Source of the DNA: Octopus bimaculoides
Lineage: Eukaryota
Assembly: GCF_001194135.2 (NCBI RefSeq)
Contig: NC_068992.1
Coordinates: forward strand, 27,415,127-27,459,000
Reading direction: 5' to 3'
Length of the DNA: 43,874 nucleotides
Shown here: in pieces, positions 12,801-27,161 of the stretch
Layout of the letters: the number at the start of each line of letters is the position of its first letter
Position numbering within the stretch: the stretch's first letter is position 1
Program-made: the position numbers and the translations under genes
The notes under the pieces: model-generated
The model's input: only the letters and a program-made list of their open reading frames with translations
Databases searched by the model: none
Told to the model about the DNA's origin: nothing

Positions 12801-15800
12801 GGTATGAGGCTTAATTTTATTTCATGATTACTAAATTAAAAAAGCTAAAACTCAATTTAGACAAAAATTAATTCAAATAAGCTGTGAAACAATAGTATAA
12901 TTATCAATTGAGACAGATGACTGCAAAATGTAGGCAACGTGGTAGTAATTGTTTGTATGTAATTCTCAGTAGAAAACCATCAATTATAACAGTATAACAA
13001 CTAATAAATATTACAATGATCTCAGCAATTTCTATTTTTAACCTAAATAAAGCATGAAGAGAAACTGAGGGAAAAGGTTAAGAGCTTTGCTTTTCCTAAT
13101 GGCTAAAGGTGTGAAATAGACCATAGATTAACAGACCGGCAGCAACAATACATTCAAACATTGGCTAGTTGGTCACTAAACAGGATAGGATATAGGCCAA
13201 CAGAATAAATCTATAATTTAATATAGTAGCTATCCAACTACAAGTTCAGGTCATTGTCAGATAGGTGAAGACCTATACATAGGTAACTTTTATTTATTTT
13301 CACAAACAAATGCTATCAGATATCTTACAAAGAAAATCATGTCAATATAAATGTAAAAACTAATCACATGTTCAAGTAAAATAAAAAAAAACATTTTTTA
13401 TAAGCATTATTCTAATGTCTAAAGACATGTACATGTGTTACTGTATGGATATTTTTGTATGAACATAATACACACAAGTATTTATGTGTGAATATATTTT
13501 ATCAGATGTCAATCTTAGTGCACACACACATTTATCTATATAGATATATTTTATGGATGTATTTTGAGTGTATGGATGTGAAAGTGTGCATACACACACT
13601 TGTGTGTGAGTGTGTGAGAGGCAGACAATGACAGAAAATGTGTGTGTGTGTGTGTGTGTGTGTGTACACAATTCTGCACATCTGAAGGAACGCAATTGTC
13701 AAAAGGAAATGTTAACTTATGTACTAATGAATCCACATAAAAAATTACACAACATAAGCTGATTGTTATGCTGTCTCCTCATTAACAAAAAAGAAATATA
13801 CATGTATAAATACACACACATACAAAGTCATACACATATACAAGCAAAAATAGTGTTACATTAGCAAATCTGATAGAGTTGATAAACACACACACACACA
13901 CATATATCTACACACAACACTCACACATCCTTTTTGAGTATGCATACATGAAAGGCAAAGTATTTTGGTCTTTTTTTTTTTTTTTTTTGGTTGATGAAAA
14001 TAGCACACAGGTTTCTATAGTTGAATTACATCGAGTTTCTTTTTAGTCGTATGCCATAATTAAGCAAGAGTAATAATGTTTATTCATATATATGTATATG
14101 AAATATATTTTATTATTTCAAAACACACACTAAGGCAGGGTGAACAAGCAGCTAAAAGGAACAATATTAAGCATTATGCTATTGCTGCTGAACACTTCAT
14201 ATCAACCAGATTCAAGGAGACATTTATGTACACAAAAAAAAATGTCAATCAAACTGTTGGAGAGATTTCACTGGATATACCAGACTTTCATCTGTTATGT
14301 ACTCATGCACAATCAACTATGTAGGGAGTACTTAGAGCACTCACAGTCAATTAAGACATATGTGTTGTTATGCAGTATGTTCTTATTTAATTAAAGGCTC
14401 ACATAGCTACAGTGAAGACAGGTAAATGAAGTTAGGTCTGGACTCGATGGAATTCTGAATGGTTGGTAGCCCAGCAAAAAATTACCATTTTATGACTCAG
14501 ATAAAACAGGAAAGGCTGTAACCCTATTTTTTGCTGTACCTCTCAGACAAGCGAGCTTAACATAATTGATGTCCAAACTGAACTTCTGCACAGAGATATC
14601 TAACAGAAAAATATAATACAGTTCTATATTTAAGAGATGAGGAATTATGTACATTAATTACATTTAACGGATATTTATCCTCATCTTGTTTGTTGTTAAC
14701 ACAACGTTTCGGCAGATATACCCCCCAGCCTTCATCAGGTGTCTTGGGGAAATTTCGAACCAGGATTCTTATTCCTAAGGTATTTTTTTCGACGCTATTA
14801 TTATTATTCAAGTCACTATCTGGAATCAAACTTGGAATTTTGGGGTTAGTAGCCCGCGCTCTTAACCGCTACGCCATATGCCCGGGCATATGGCGTAGTG
14901 GTTAAGAGCGCAGGCTACTAACCAAGATTCCGAGTTCGATTCCAGACAGTGACCTGGAGATGGGGGGAGGGGGAGAGCAGCAGCAGCAGTAGCATTGAAA
15001 GAATACCTTAGGGATGAGAACCCAGGTTTGAAATTTCTCCAAGACACCTGATGAAGGTTGGAGTGTATATCAGCCCAAATGTTGTGTTAACAACAAACAA
15101 GATGAGGACAAATATCCATCAAATGTAAATAATGTAAAAGAAAAATATAAGCAAGAGAGGATTCCAGACAGCTGCAATACTAGAACAAATATTTAATGTG
15201 GATTGAGAAGTTAGCTAGGCTAATGGAAGTTGTATTTAGTAGATTTAGATGAAGAACAAGAACAAGGGAAAAAAAGAAGGCAAACACAGCACAGTAGTGT
15301 AGTAATGGCTGCATTATGTTTTTATGTTAGTTTACCAATCAGCTGGATTGTCATTCAGTCTAGAATGTTTGTACATGTAATAATATGCACCATACCAAAT
15401 ATGTTAGCAGCACTGCAATGTGAGTCACACTTCAGCTTTGGAAAAGAAGTCAGTATTATCCTGATATTGTGGCACTGAATGTTCAGCTTTCATTTATCTG
15501 TGTGCTTTGATTTACACAACTCTTCACCCATTTACACTAACACACATAGCAATCTATGCTGTTGATATAACAACCTCTCACAACCTATTTACAGAGCCAC
15601 TAATCAAGTCCAACAATATATCTAGGAGCTAGAGTCCAGAACTCAACAACTATAAGAGTGAAAGCAGAACCAAGCCAACCCAAACTATTACCCTGCTCCA
15701 CACGTATATACATACACGAGTGCACGTACACACACACACACATAGAAAAACTTAGTTTAGTAACATGTGTATGTCACAGTGGCACACATGTAATATATGT

Positions 15801-18800
15801 TACTAGTTACTGAATTCACTTGTAATTTGAGCAGATTTGAAATGAAAATTCTGTTACAGATTTAAGAAATGTTTGTAAGGTTTTATTCCATACCACATTA
15901 ACATGACTATGAAAAAGGCAAGTTAGATGTTTCATAAAACCCAGCTAAGTTCTTAATTATTTTTAGAATTTAATTGACATCTATCAATGATAAATTTCTG
16001 TTAGAAATATAGTAGAAAGGAGATAATGATAGGTGAAATAAGATATAGTAGAATTAATTATTCCTGCAGAGAAACACTGTTAAACACCTGTGATTGAGTT
16101 GAACTTACAAAGCATGAGGCAATAATTCATTAGCTGATCCACTCAGCCATTTCAACTCGTCAGAGGGCAACAGTGCAGATCACATTTTTAACTGATGAAC
16201 TTAGAAAAGTTATAAACATCATCATCATCGTCATCATTTAATGCCCGTTTTCCATGCTGGCATGGGTTGGAAGATTTGACTGGGGACTGGCAAGCCAGGT
16301 GGCTGCAACAGGCTTACAATACTTTAATCACTGAACTATAACAAAACAATAAAAACAACTTTAAACATCAACTGTAAACTATAGAAAAATGAGATGTGTT
16401 CCAAATAGTTTTATGCAAGTGTTAAGTTGATAAACTAATTTGACATGTGAAGTTCCATTGCTGATGAGGAAAATTTCACTGAGTATAAATAAGTTTCACA
16501 GGTTATAAAGTAAATTTCATTAGCAGTTTATTAGAAAGATGGGAATCCTGATATACAATACAGAAAACCTAATAGATTTCAGATAAGGAAGCATTCTCAG
16601 AAATGAAAAAGCCTAGCTGATTGATAAGTGAGGGTTATTTACAATACACATGAAGGGAGTTAAAAATACAAGAAAATAGACAGCAACCTGTTAGAAATTT
16701 AATATAGAGGTACCTATCCGCTAAAGTTAAATGGGAGCTTGCATGTACCAATGATCTAACATTCAGAATCCAATAAAACACAGCAGGAAATGTTTCAAAC
16801 TAGAAATAAAACAGTTTAAAATTTAAGACTAGGATCCACAGCAAGTTGAATGTAAGACCTAGATGCTTTGAAGAAGCAACTTAGTTCAGAAGGCAAGAAA
16901 TGATTTTGTTGATAATGCTAAAAATAGGTTTTTAAAAGATGCAATGTCTACTGAAATGACATGTACTAGGCAGAACACTGAAAAATTAGGTGAACATATA
17001 GAAAACTACTTTGTAACTTAGTGATTTAGATGACTCAATGAAAATAGCACGTCTGACACTGTAATTGGGNNNNNNNNNNTGCTGGCAAGGGCTGGAATGG
17101 TCTTCTTATTGGAACCCTTTGTCATAACCTTCAAGAGGTTCAACCCCTGAGACCAGCCTTCACTATTTCTTCCCATCTCTTTCTCTGCCACAGGCTCCTT
17201 CCATTTGTATTACTTGGTCCTCAGTTAAATCATGTTCTGTCATTTGTGAACATATCCAGTGTACCAACTTTACACATTCCCCAATCAACACACCTGGTAC
17301 AGCATAATAAAATCTGTCCATTGTTTGCAGAGAATATCTATTTATTGCTAACAATATTTATTCTGAACTTTTTCCACTCTATTCTTACTCTGGCTGCAAT
17401 GTTTTCAAAACACTCTAATCCTCCATTTCTATTTAGGTCAAGTACACAACAGAAGCTATTTAGGTCAAGTACACAACAGAAGCTGCCAATTACCCCAGAG
17501 AAGCCCTCTGACCCTTTGAAATAATATATTTTATGGGTATGAAATCTTATCCTGTCAGCTTTCCAATGATCCCACTGCATCTCATATACACTCATAATTT
17601 ACACATTCAGTACACTGTACAGAATTCCAGACAACTTCTTTCCTGCATATAGAATATGGCCATTTCTCAGGTAGCAACAATAGAGCCCTGTCTTCTATAC
17701 CACTAAAACTTTTGTCACTGTAAAATATAGTTTAAGACCATGTGATTCTAGCATTTGTTTCCACATTTGGTATTTCTTCTCGAGATCCTCAATAAATTAA
17801 TTAAGGAATTGAGTATTGTTTGTTTAAAATTGCAACATTAAACTATGAGAAAGTTTGAGTTCAAGACAAGAAGGTAGCAGAACATCAGAGGTATTGGTGT
17901 AAACAGAATAAATAATTACATTATATAATTAAGCAAATGAGGTAACCTACAAACATTAAATACCTACAAGAAATAGCAGTCAAATTTCTATCAAATCACA
18001 ATCAACCATCTTAAATAAGAAGAGATACATTGGAGAATGTGGCCACTGATGTGTAAAAGGATGGGAAGAGTGTGGCTCTGATTATTGATCTTTTTGATTG
18101 GGGCTGACTTCAGAGATCAACATCAACATTAGTATGTAAATATAATGCAAATGAAGAATATGTACAAAGCAAGTTTGTAGTGGAAGGAGACAGTAATAAG
18201 AGACAAAGAAGGAAAATCTAAATTGGAGCAGTTACTCGAAGATAGGAAAACATGAGACATTATGTTGTTGTTGTTGTTGGCACTCCATCGCTTACGATGA
18301 CGAGGGTTCCAGTTGATCCTATCAACGGAACAGCCTGCTCGTGAAATTAATGTGCAAGTGGCTGAGCACTTCACAGACACGTGTACCCTTAACGTAGTTC
18401 TCGGAGATATTCAGCGTGACACAGGTGTGACAAGGCTGACCCTTTGAGTTACAGGCACAACAGAAACAGGAAGTAAGAGTGAGAGAAAGTTGTGGTGAAG
18501 AAGTACAGCAGGGTTCGCCACCATCCCCTGCCGGAGCCTCGTGGAGCTTTAGATGTTTTCACTCAATAAACACTCACAACACCCGGTCTGGGAATTCGAA
18601 ACCGCGAGTCCGCTGCCCTAACCACTGGGCCATTGCGCCTCCACGAGACATTATGTAGATCACTTGAAATAAGATTTAGTGGCGTTGAAAGGTATTATCT
18701 ATATGATAGATATATCAACATGGAATAAAAAGACCTAGGATCCCTTAAAAACAATACTTTATCATCATCATCATCATCATCATCATTTAACATCTGCTGT

Positions 18801-20655
18801 CCATGCTGGCATAGGCTGGACGGTTTGATCAGGGCTAGTAAGCTGATGAGCTGCATCAGATTTCAGTCTGATTTAGCATGGTTCTATGGCTGGATGCCCT
18901 TCCTAATGCCAACCACTCCAAGAATGTAATGGGTGCTGTTACATGCCACCAGCATGGGTGCTAGTTGCTTGACACCAGTAACTGGCATAAATTATATATA
19001 AATACACACAATTAAGTATTGAGACAGAGTTTATGAATAAATTTTCATTTGCACATGTGTATTCAGCCTTGCAATGCAATTAAACTCCAGAACTAAACAA
19101 CAATTGGCAAATAGTATGGTAGAGCTAGTATTTACCTGAAAGTAAATATGTGAATAAGCACTTTTCCTTGTGATATTCTCTTTTAGTGTCAGGATAGAGT
19201 TATGCTTTTATTTTGGGGGATTCTATTGGGAATGTTTTATTCCCAATATTATTCCTTGTCTTTAGAATAATTTGTTATCTGAGTATCCTGGTGAAACCTT
19301 TTGCTTTCCTGTGTTGCTTGAATATAGTTTATAACCATATAAGAAGTTTTCTTGCTATTTGCCTTGCCAATTTCTATTTCAGTTTAGAAGTTAGATTGAT
19401 ATTGACGATAATCATGCATTGAATCTCTTGAACTAATTTAGGTAATGCACATACCAACTACCAATTTTTGTGGCTTTATTAGTTGTATTAAACAACAAAC
19501 AAATCGATTACATTTTCCAGCTACACAAAATGAGATCTGCCAGTAAATATTTAAAAAATTCAAACCCATAACTTACTTAGATGGAACTGTTGGTTTTGGA
19601 GATTGGATGCTGTCATGAGGATAGGGTGTGGATGAAACAGGCTGAAATGAAGTATTTTAGAAGAATTAAAAAATATTATACAATGATAAGTAGAGAACAA
19701 TATCTTTTTTCTTTAAACACTAAATAATTATTTCCTAATTTGATTTCGAATGACCATCATTATTAATTGCTACTGAGCTTCTATTTATGGCCTAATCAGA
19801 AAAGGAACAAAATGTCACCCACCATGCTTTGCAGCAACAGTGGGTTACTTTGCAGAAGAATTTCTACATTTAAAATTCTACTTTGCTAGGCAACTTTGAT
19901 GATCTTCCATAGATACTAATGATGGAATGTATCTAGCTTCTTGGCCATCTTTGCCTATATTCTTCCTGTCTCATTGCTATACAGAACTGTTAGCAGGAGC
20001 AGTGCACTATATAACCAAAGTTTTATGTTAATTCTGATGCATGTTATTCCCCAGTTTTGGCACTTACAATAGAATATAGACTCAACTTTGCCAATACTGC
20101 TGTTTACATCACTTTCTATACCTCCACAAGTGATCATACTGACCAAGTACAAGAAATTGTTCACAACTTCCGCAACAAGCTATCATAGCAGAGTTTTCCC
20201 CCAAGTCATTCTAGACCCTTCTATAATGTGGCTTAAGCTCAAACATCTAAAGGAAAAAGAAAGAGGAGCAAGATATAGAGAGATGCATGTGAAAAATAAA
20301 AGCCAAAAAGAAGACATCTCATGGCAATTAAAAATGCAGTCGTCAGGATTTAATGATATCAATCATTGTAACTGATTATCATTATAACTTAGTTTCTCAG
20401 ATATGTGTATTTAAACAACTAGAATTTTTAAACAATTTCATTTTGCATAAACATGCAAACTATGGAAGAAGAACTTTCAGTGTAACAGTTCATATATTAG
20501 AAAAGTGAAAATACTTACTACTTCATCATAATTACAGGTATTTCCAAGAACACTTGGCTGACAGTCATTTAAACCTAGCTGATTGTGTGACTGACCCATT
20601 ATGGGATTTAACTGAAAAATAGGGAGAGAAAATATATGTCAGTATCAGCAGCAGC

Positions 20656-20695
<40 letters not shown>

Positions 20696-23600
20696 TAAAT
20701 ATTAGCAGTAATCTATAGAGTCATGGGAAATTGAAAACAAGATGTCACAGTTACAATTATAGGCTCAGTTAGATAACAGGTTACTACCATTATACACGGC
20801 TTGTCAGTGATTTTATTGGTATAGTGTATTGGCAGTCACAAACAGCCAGCTTTGGCATTTAAGTAGTCAATACTCCAATATTTCATTGTATATCAGTCAT
20901 TTAACTAATAAAGCCACCTGTAAATATATAATTTACACATTACACACATATATTTGCTTTTACCTTAGACACAAAAAAGGAAAATTGAAGTTGAAACCAC
21001 CAGTTTTTGAACTTAGAATCCTTCTAAGAGAACTAAATATTTGGTCTCATTGCAGTATTTCTACCAAATCTGAGATAACAGTTTCTTATATTCACAGTGC
21101 AGACAGAATATATTGCAAGTTAACTTAACCCGTGTACATTGCTAATATTTATCTTAAACTCAAAGACTTTAAAACATAGAGACATTGCACTAACAGTATA
21201 AGCCAGGTTTTCTTCTATGTCATAGTATTATCACCTCAAGGTCTAGTTTTCGACAAAAACTAACATTTGTTAATTCTAATTTGTCAAAAAAATAGCAATC
21301 CTTTATTACATTAACTTGTATAGTAAAATCCATAATAATTTCTACTTTATAATGCCTAAGGTAAGAAGAGTATAATTCATAACTCATGTCAGAAAGGTGA
21401 TGGGGTGTGGAGAGCAGGAGCGAATGAATTTATAGTAATCACTATGAAACTTAAATGGTTGAAAGTGACTTTATTGCAGTAACATAAGCTAAAGGAAGAG
21501 AAGGAAGGTTCATACTATAGCCGTCTTTGAAAAGAAAGACTAAATAATTAATGATGTTATACTTTACAAGTAGCAACAAACATACTAGGTGTAACAACAA
21601 GGTCTTACAAAAGAGTAAATTTCCTTGTAACAACTATCTGGTTTGAGTGTTGAAACATGAAAATATACTGCAATAGAGTTTAAAAAAAGGTGTCTCAATA
21701 GTTGGCCAGTGGCTGGAGAGTATTATTGAATGAAACAGTTACCTACTGCAAAAAAGCCACACACACACACACAACCTGCCACCTTGTTTTTTTTTTTCCA
21801 AAGTTTAGAAGTGTATGACTGACACTTTTCCAAAGGTGCTTTTTAAGCAAATATAGAAACAATTTTCAGCTAAAAGATTGTGAATTTGTATTTTACTCAA
21901 ATCATCACACAATGTCCTTCAATCAAGTTGTGTCTTCCAATAGCTTCGAAGTCAGTCATATTGTCTAGTTGGCCTATATAGTCTTCTTGGAGAAGTGGCT
22001 GCAACACATTGTGTCCTCTTCCGGTTACCCTAGAATCATCCTGACAACTAAAGATTACCTCCAACTACATTTACATTTTTAAGACCTGCAGACTTAATAG
22101 ATGCAGCCAATGAGCCACCTAACTGGTCCTGTGCCAGTGGCATGCAAAAACCACCATTCAAGTGTGGTCAATGCCAGTGCTGCCTGACTGGACTCCGTGC
22201 CAGTGGCACATAACAATCACCCACTACACTCTCGGGGTGGTTGGCGTTAGGAAGGGTATCCAGCTGTAGAAACCTTGCCAGATCAGATTGGAGCTTGTGC
22301 AGCCGCTTGGCTTGCCAGTCAAACTGTCCAAAGAATGCCAGCATGGAAAGCAAATGTTAATGCCAGCATGGAAAGCAGACGTGAAACAATGATGATGATG
22401 CTGATGAATGCAATAACAAGTCCAATGGCTAGCAGATCTCATGCATTTAATTGCCTATTTGCATACCACCTGCCTGTTCAATTTGTGTCAATTACAACTT
22501 CTTGAGAACAGTCAATTCTACAGAATATTTTACCCAAACATTTCAGCATTCGAAAACCAGTTAAGCACTATATCTGCTTAATTTCATTGTAAACCACAAA
22601 AATCAATAGTTTATTGTAAAAATTATCCCTATACACACAAAAGTGTAGTTGAACTGAAGAACAACCAAAGTGGAATAAATTCTTATCCTTGAAATAATTA
22701 ACAAATACTCTAAACATTCTGAAATGAAATATTCTGCCAGATTAAACCAGGTGTCTTCTCACTCAGATATCTTGGGCTAGCAACCTTTTATAATCATTCT
22801 AACTAGTCACTCTCAATGAACTAGATAAATAATTATCATTAACCATTATATTTGTAAATAAATTCCAAAATCAGACAACCTAATGGAAAACATCTGGTAG
22901 AAAAGCCTGGTAAAAATTATCAAAGCAAAATAAGAAACTTTTCTCTTAAACACATTGTATTTAATCTACAAATGCTACTAAAAATAAACCCTAACTTCTA
23001 GTTTTTACTACTTTTTTTAACATAGCTTATCTTATATAGAGAGAGAAATGAAAGGGTTACTGATTCATTCTACACAGCTATTCCTTGTTTCTTCTGGTTT
23101 ACCATTATCTAACGCTAAACCATTCACCTTTTTAGTAGTACAACAAAGAGAACTTGTGGCAAGATGTGATACTATACTAAACATATTGGTATTTCTATTT
23201 CAACATAAATAGTTCATCATTTCCAACATTTTAATCATCAGTTCATGAGATGAGCCCAAAAATGAATCATCAATGCAAGCCGGTGCAAGATCATAGTAAA
23301 TTTAGTTTCTATTTCTGGAATACACTTTCATGAAATCCAGTAGACAATACAATATCAAAATGAGCTTCAAAAGTAGACAAAGGTGAATTTAGTAACAGAA
23401 ATCATAACAAAGCAGTTAAACTGTGAAGACATTATTGCCAACTTAATTTTTAATTGAATGGTCCCTAGTTGTAAATAATGTCTAAAACCAGAAGCAGATT
23501 TGTTTAAAAACTGTAATGAAAGAAAAACAAAAAATGAAACCGGTGGATTCTATCTTTGAAGTTCTGACTATTAAAGAAATGAAATAGCTTATCTTAAAAC

Positions 23601-26600
23601 TAAGGTTACTAGTACGTGATTACTCAACCTGCTAGAAATAGCAATCAAATCTTTCAAATCATATCATTGCTTTGCAAAAGTGAAACACATTAGATAATAT
23701 AGTCCTAGATACACTATATCTGAAATAAAAGACATCATGCTCATGGCAAGAACATCTTTGATCATCATTCTGCGTAATCAAAACTGACAAGGGACTAGTT
23801 TAGCAACAACAGAAAAGGAGGTTCCCAAACTATCTAGTTCCATACTAGAGACAATTTAACCTGGTTAAGTAATTCACTTTGGAACCAAATGGTCACAGGT
23901 TTGATTCAATGCATGGCACCATAAGTTCACCAAATCTTCATCACATTTTAACATCCACTTTTCTATGCTTGCATGGATCTGTGGAAATTATTGAGGAAGA
24001 TTTTCTACATCCAGGTACCCTTCTTGTCACCAACCCTGACCTAGTTTGAAGCAAATTGATATTTCCCCCATGGCCAGACATATTCGCACTGAATATTAGT
24101 AATGAACGACACTGCTTGTATGACAGGGACACTTGTTTACAACTATCATATACTGTCAAAACAAGGCAACATAAATATACACACACAATAGACTTTTTTC
24201 AATTTCTGTCTACCAAATCCACTCACAAAGCTTTAGTCAGTCTGTGGTTATAGTAGAAGACACTTGCCCAAGGTACCACGCAGTGGGACTGAACCCAGAA
24301 TGATATGGTTGGGAAGCAAACATCTTAACCACACAGTCAAGCCTGTACTTATATTCTGAGTGGAATTTGGTGAACAAAAATTGTGCAGAAGTAGGTTATA
24401 TGTGCATACATATGCATGTGCCTTTCACCAAGGTAAATGTTGGCAAAAAACCCCTATAACTTGGTGCTTTCAAACAAAAATACCCTTGGGTATTTGTTTC
24501 ATCTGCATTGCACACACTTTCTAAGTGCTCTCATCCATCATAAATGTAGTAATCTAATGATTGGCACATTGAAAACCTCTGACCTAGGATGCTATTGTTC
24601 ACCAAAAATATACAATATGAAATAATTATTATGAAGTAAATAGTTGCAATAAATTTAAGGGAAGCCAAACAGTGAGCATCAAAGAACATAATTATTGTAG
24701 GAGTAGTAGCAAAATGGAGTAAATATACATTTGTAAGTCAAAAATATAATTGTGTTTGAATAGAAGTTAGTACAGCATTTTAGTAAGCTGCAGCATTTTA
24801 CAGTTGGAAAAATTTTAGAATTTGTATTCAGATTGATATAAAACTGTAAACAGTCAATGAACATGGAGGATTATAACTGTCTCAATGTTAAAGCACAAAG
24901 TTACTGATCTGGGGAAAATATTACTAACCTTTGCTAAAACAAACTAAAGTAATGCTTAAAGAGACAAAGAAATATAGTTCAATTTAGTTTATTTCTTTCT
25001 GTGTTAACAATAACTTGGTAACTGAAGATTTCTACTTGTTCAACATTAGATACATTTCAGAAAATTCAGATTTTTTTTTTTTTTTCTTTAATTACCTATA
25101 TAACAATTTACTTCAAATTTAACCCTAATCTTCTCATGACAATATTTCTAATGAAACATACTACTTATGTGCTTAAATTAATTTTGCAAATTATCTGGAG
25201 CTGGTGTAGATTTAGTAAAATAACTTTCTTTAAGTCAGTGTTTGGAATGTAACATAATAAATGGTTCTTATAAGAAACTATGATGGAAGATTTAAATTTA
25301 AATATTTAAAATTAGTGAAGTTTTCATCGTAAAAACAAAGAATCATATAATCAGGTACCAAAAGAGCTGAACATTATTGTACTGTATTGTTTATATTTTT
25401 CAGTTTTTCTTCCTAAAACATTTTTTTTTAAATGTATACATCAACAGTTTATATACATTAAGAACTTAAGTGTTTTAATACACATTCTTCTATCCAAAGC
25501 CTTCGATATGAATTCTATGTCAGTCAGCCTCTATAATTGCCAATGCAATTTTTTCAAGCCAATTAGAACTAATCAATTTTTATCAACAAAAACACCAGGA
25601 AAAATATAAAGATGTTACTTTTACATGAAGGTCTCACAATGATAAACAATAGCTTCAGTATCACGTGTGCTACACACAAGTCTCAGACTGATAGCATATG
25701 TCACATGGACAGAATAAGTACATAAAATATTGTTAGTTTTTGTAATTTTTTTTTATTTTGTTTTTCCGTGAACAGGTATTTTATTGACATTGCATGAAAT
25801 TTAGACTGTAAAGATATATTCTAAAATTAATCAAAATTTACTAAAAAGAAAATAATACCAAAAGATAATTTTTATTTAATCAATTAAATGTGTATATATA
25901 TATATATGTATATATATATATGAAACAAATAGAAAATTCATGTAAGTCATTTATCACTACTCAATCACTATAGTAATAGTTGTGCTGACAAGCTGCACAT
26001 GTTTTTGTTTACACTTAAAAACCACCTCAAGTGAAAGAGCAGAATAAACCTGTGACTTGATTGAAACTGCTTTAAACTGTTCCCCCAAAAAATTTCACAA
26101 ATTAAGTCATATAGTCATTTTTAATGACATATTCTAATTTGTAAGAATTGTGATGCATTTAGCTTTACATTAAGAAATTGATAAAAAGTTACTTTACGGC
26201 TACAGAGAACGCAAGAGAAATGCATATGAACAACAGATAAGTACGTATCTAAAATATTACAGTAAATAATTCTGTTTACTAAACATTGCAGAATAAGAAC
26301 ATAATTAATAAAACTCTTATTTTTCTTTTTTGTTATGGTGGTATTTTATGAAATGATGAATTAAAAGAGAATGAGAAAGCTAAAAGCTTTTAAGACGATA
26401 TCAATAATGTAATATGAAAATATTACAATAATCAATTATTTAACAGCTACTTTTTCACATGATTACAGTAATGTGAGTGTTAATAACTACTTTTCTCTCA
26501 TTTAACATAATTACATATTTGAAGAAATAGAAAAGCACAAAAATTTTCAAAACAGAATGACCCTATCACTTGCAACCTTTTTTTATTATTATTTTTCTTT

Positions 26601-27121
26601 CTACTTACCGGATAAGTTGTAAACCCCCTTCTTTCAACCTTGATCATTATAAATATATATACACACACACATATATATATGCAACAGATAAAATAGTTCC
26701 AGAATAAAACCCTACAAAATTAACTAGATTAAGAAGTTAAAATTCCAATTCTAGTGTTGTGGAGAAAAACATCTTAATAAATATAGTATATATTATAATG
26801 ACTAACAGTATGAAGAACAAGTTGTATCATGTTAAATAGCCACAAATAAAAAGAATATGCCTGAACTTGTTAGCTGGTCACTACGAATATGTTGGCTATA
26901 GCTACTAATGAGAGAAAAACAATACAAATGACAAAGTGAAATGTAAGAGAAAGTGACAAAATAAAGTTGACTGGCAGGACTTCATTCTTGGACAAACCAA
27001 AATATCAATAACAAATCAAGGCAATGAAAGAATCAACTCATAGAAAAGGTTATAAATTTACAAACAAAATAATTGACAGCGGTGACCTCTTTCATATCCA
27101 ACTTCAAATACTTAAATAATA

Positions 27122-27161
<40 letters not shown>

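Noticed and set aside
14884-14950. Functional tRNA gene
   Set aside because: No acceptor-stem pairing and embedded in a retroposon; treated as a SINE head
16600-17620. Apparent second inverted LINE
   Set aside because: Tail-to-tail across an N gap, which is not twin-priming geometry; may be a misoriented contig or two insertions
23941-24186. ORF with an acceptor-like ATATTCAG at 24089 as a possible extra exon between DeltaN and exon 3
   Set aside because: The phase-0 reading required by the upstream exons hits TAG after 15 codons; no similarity to the family
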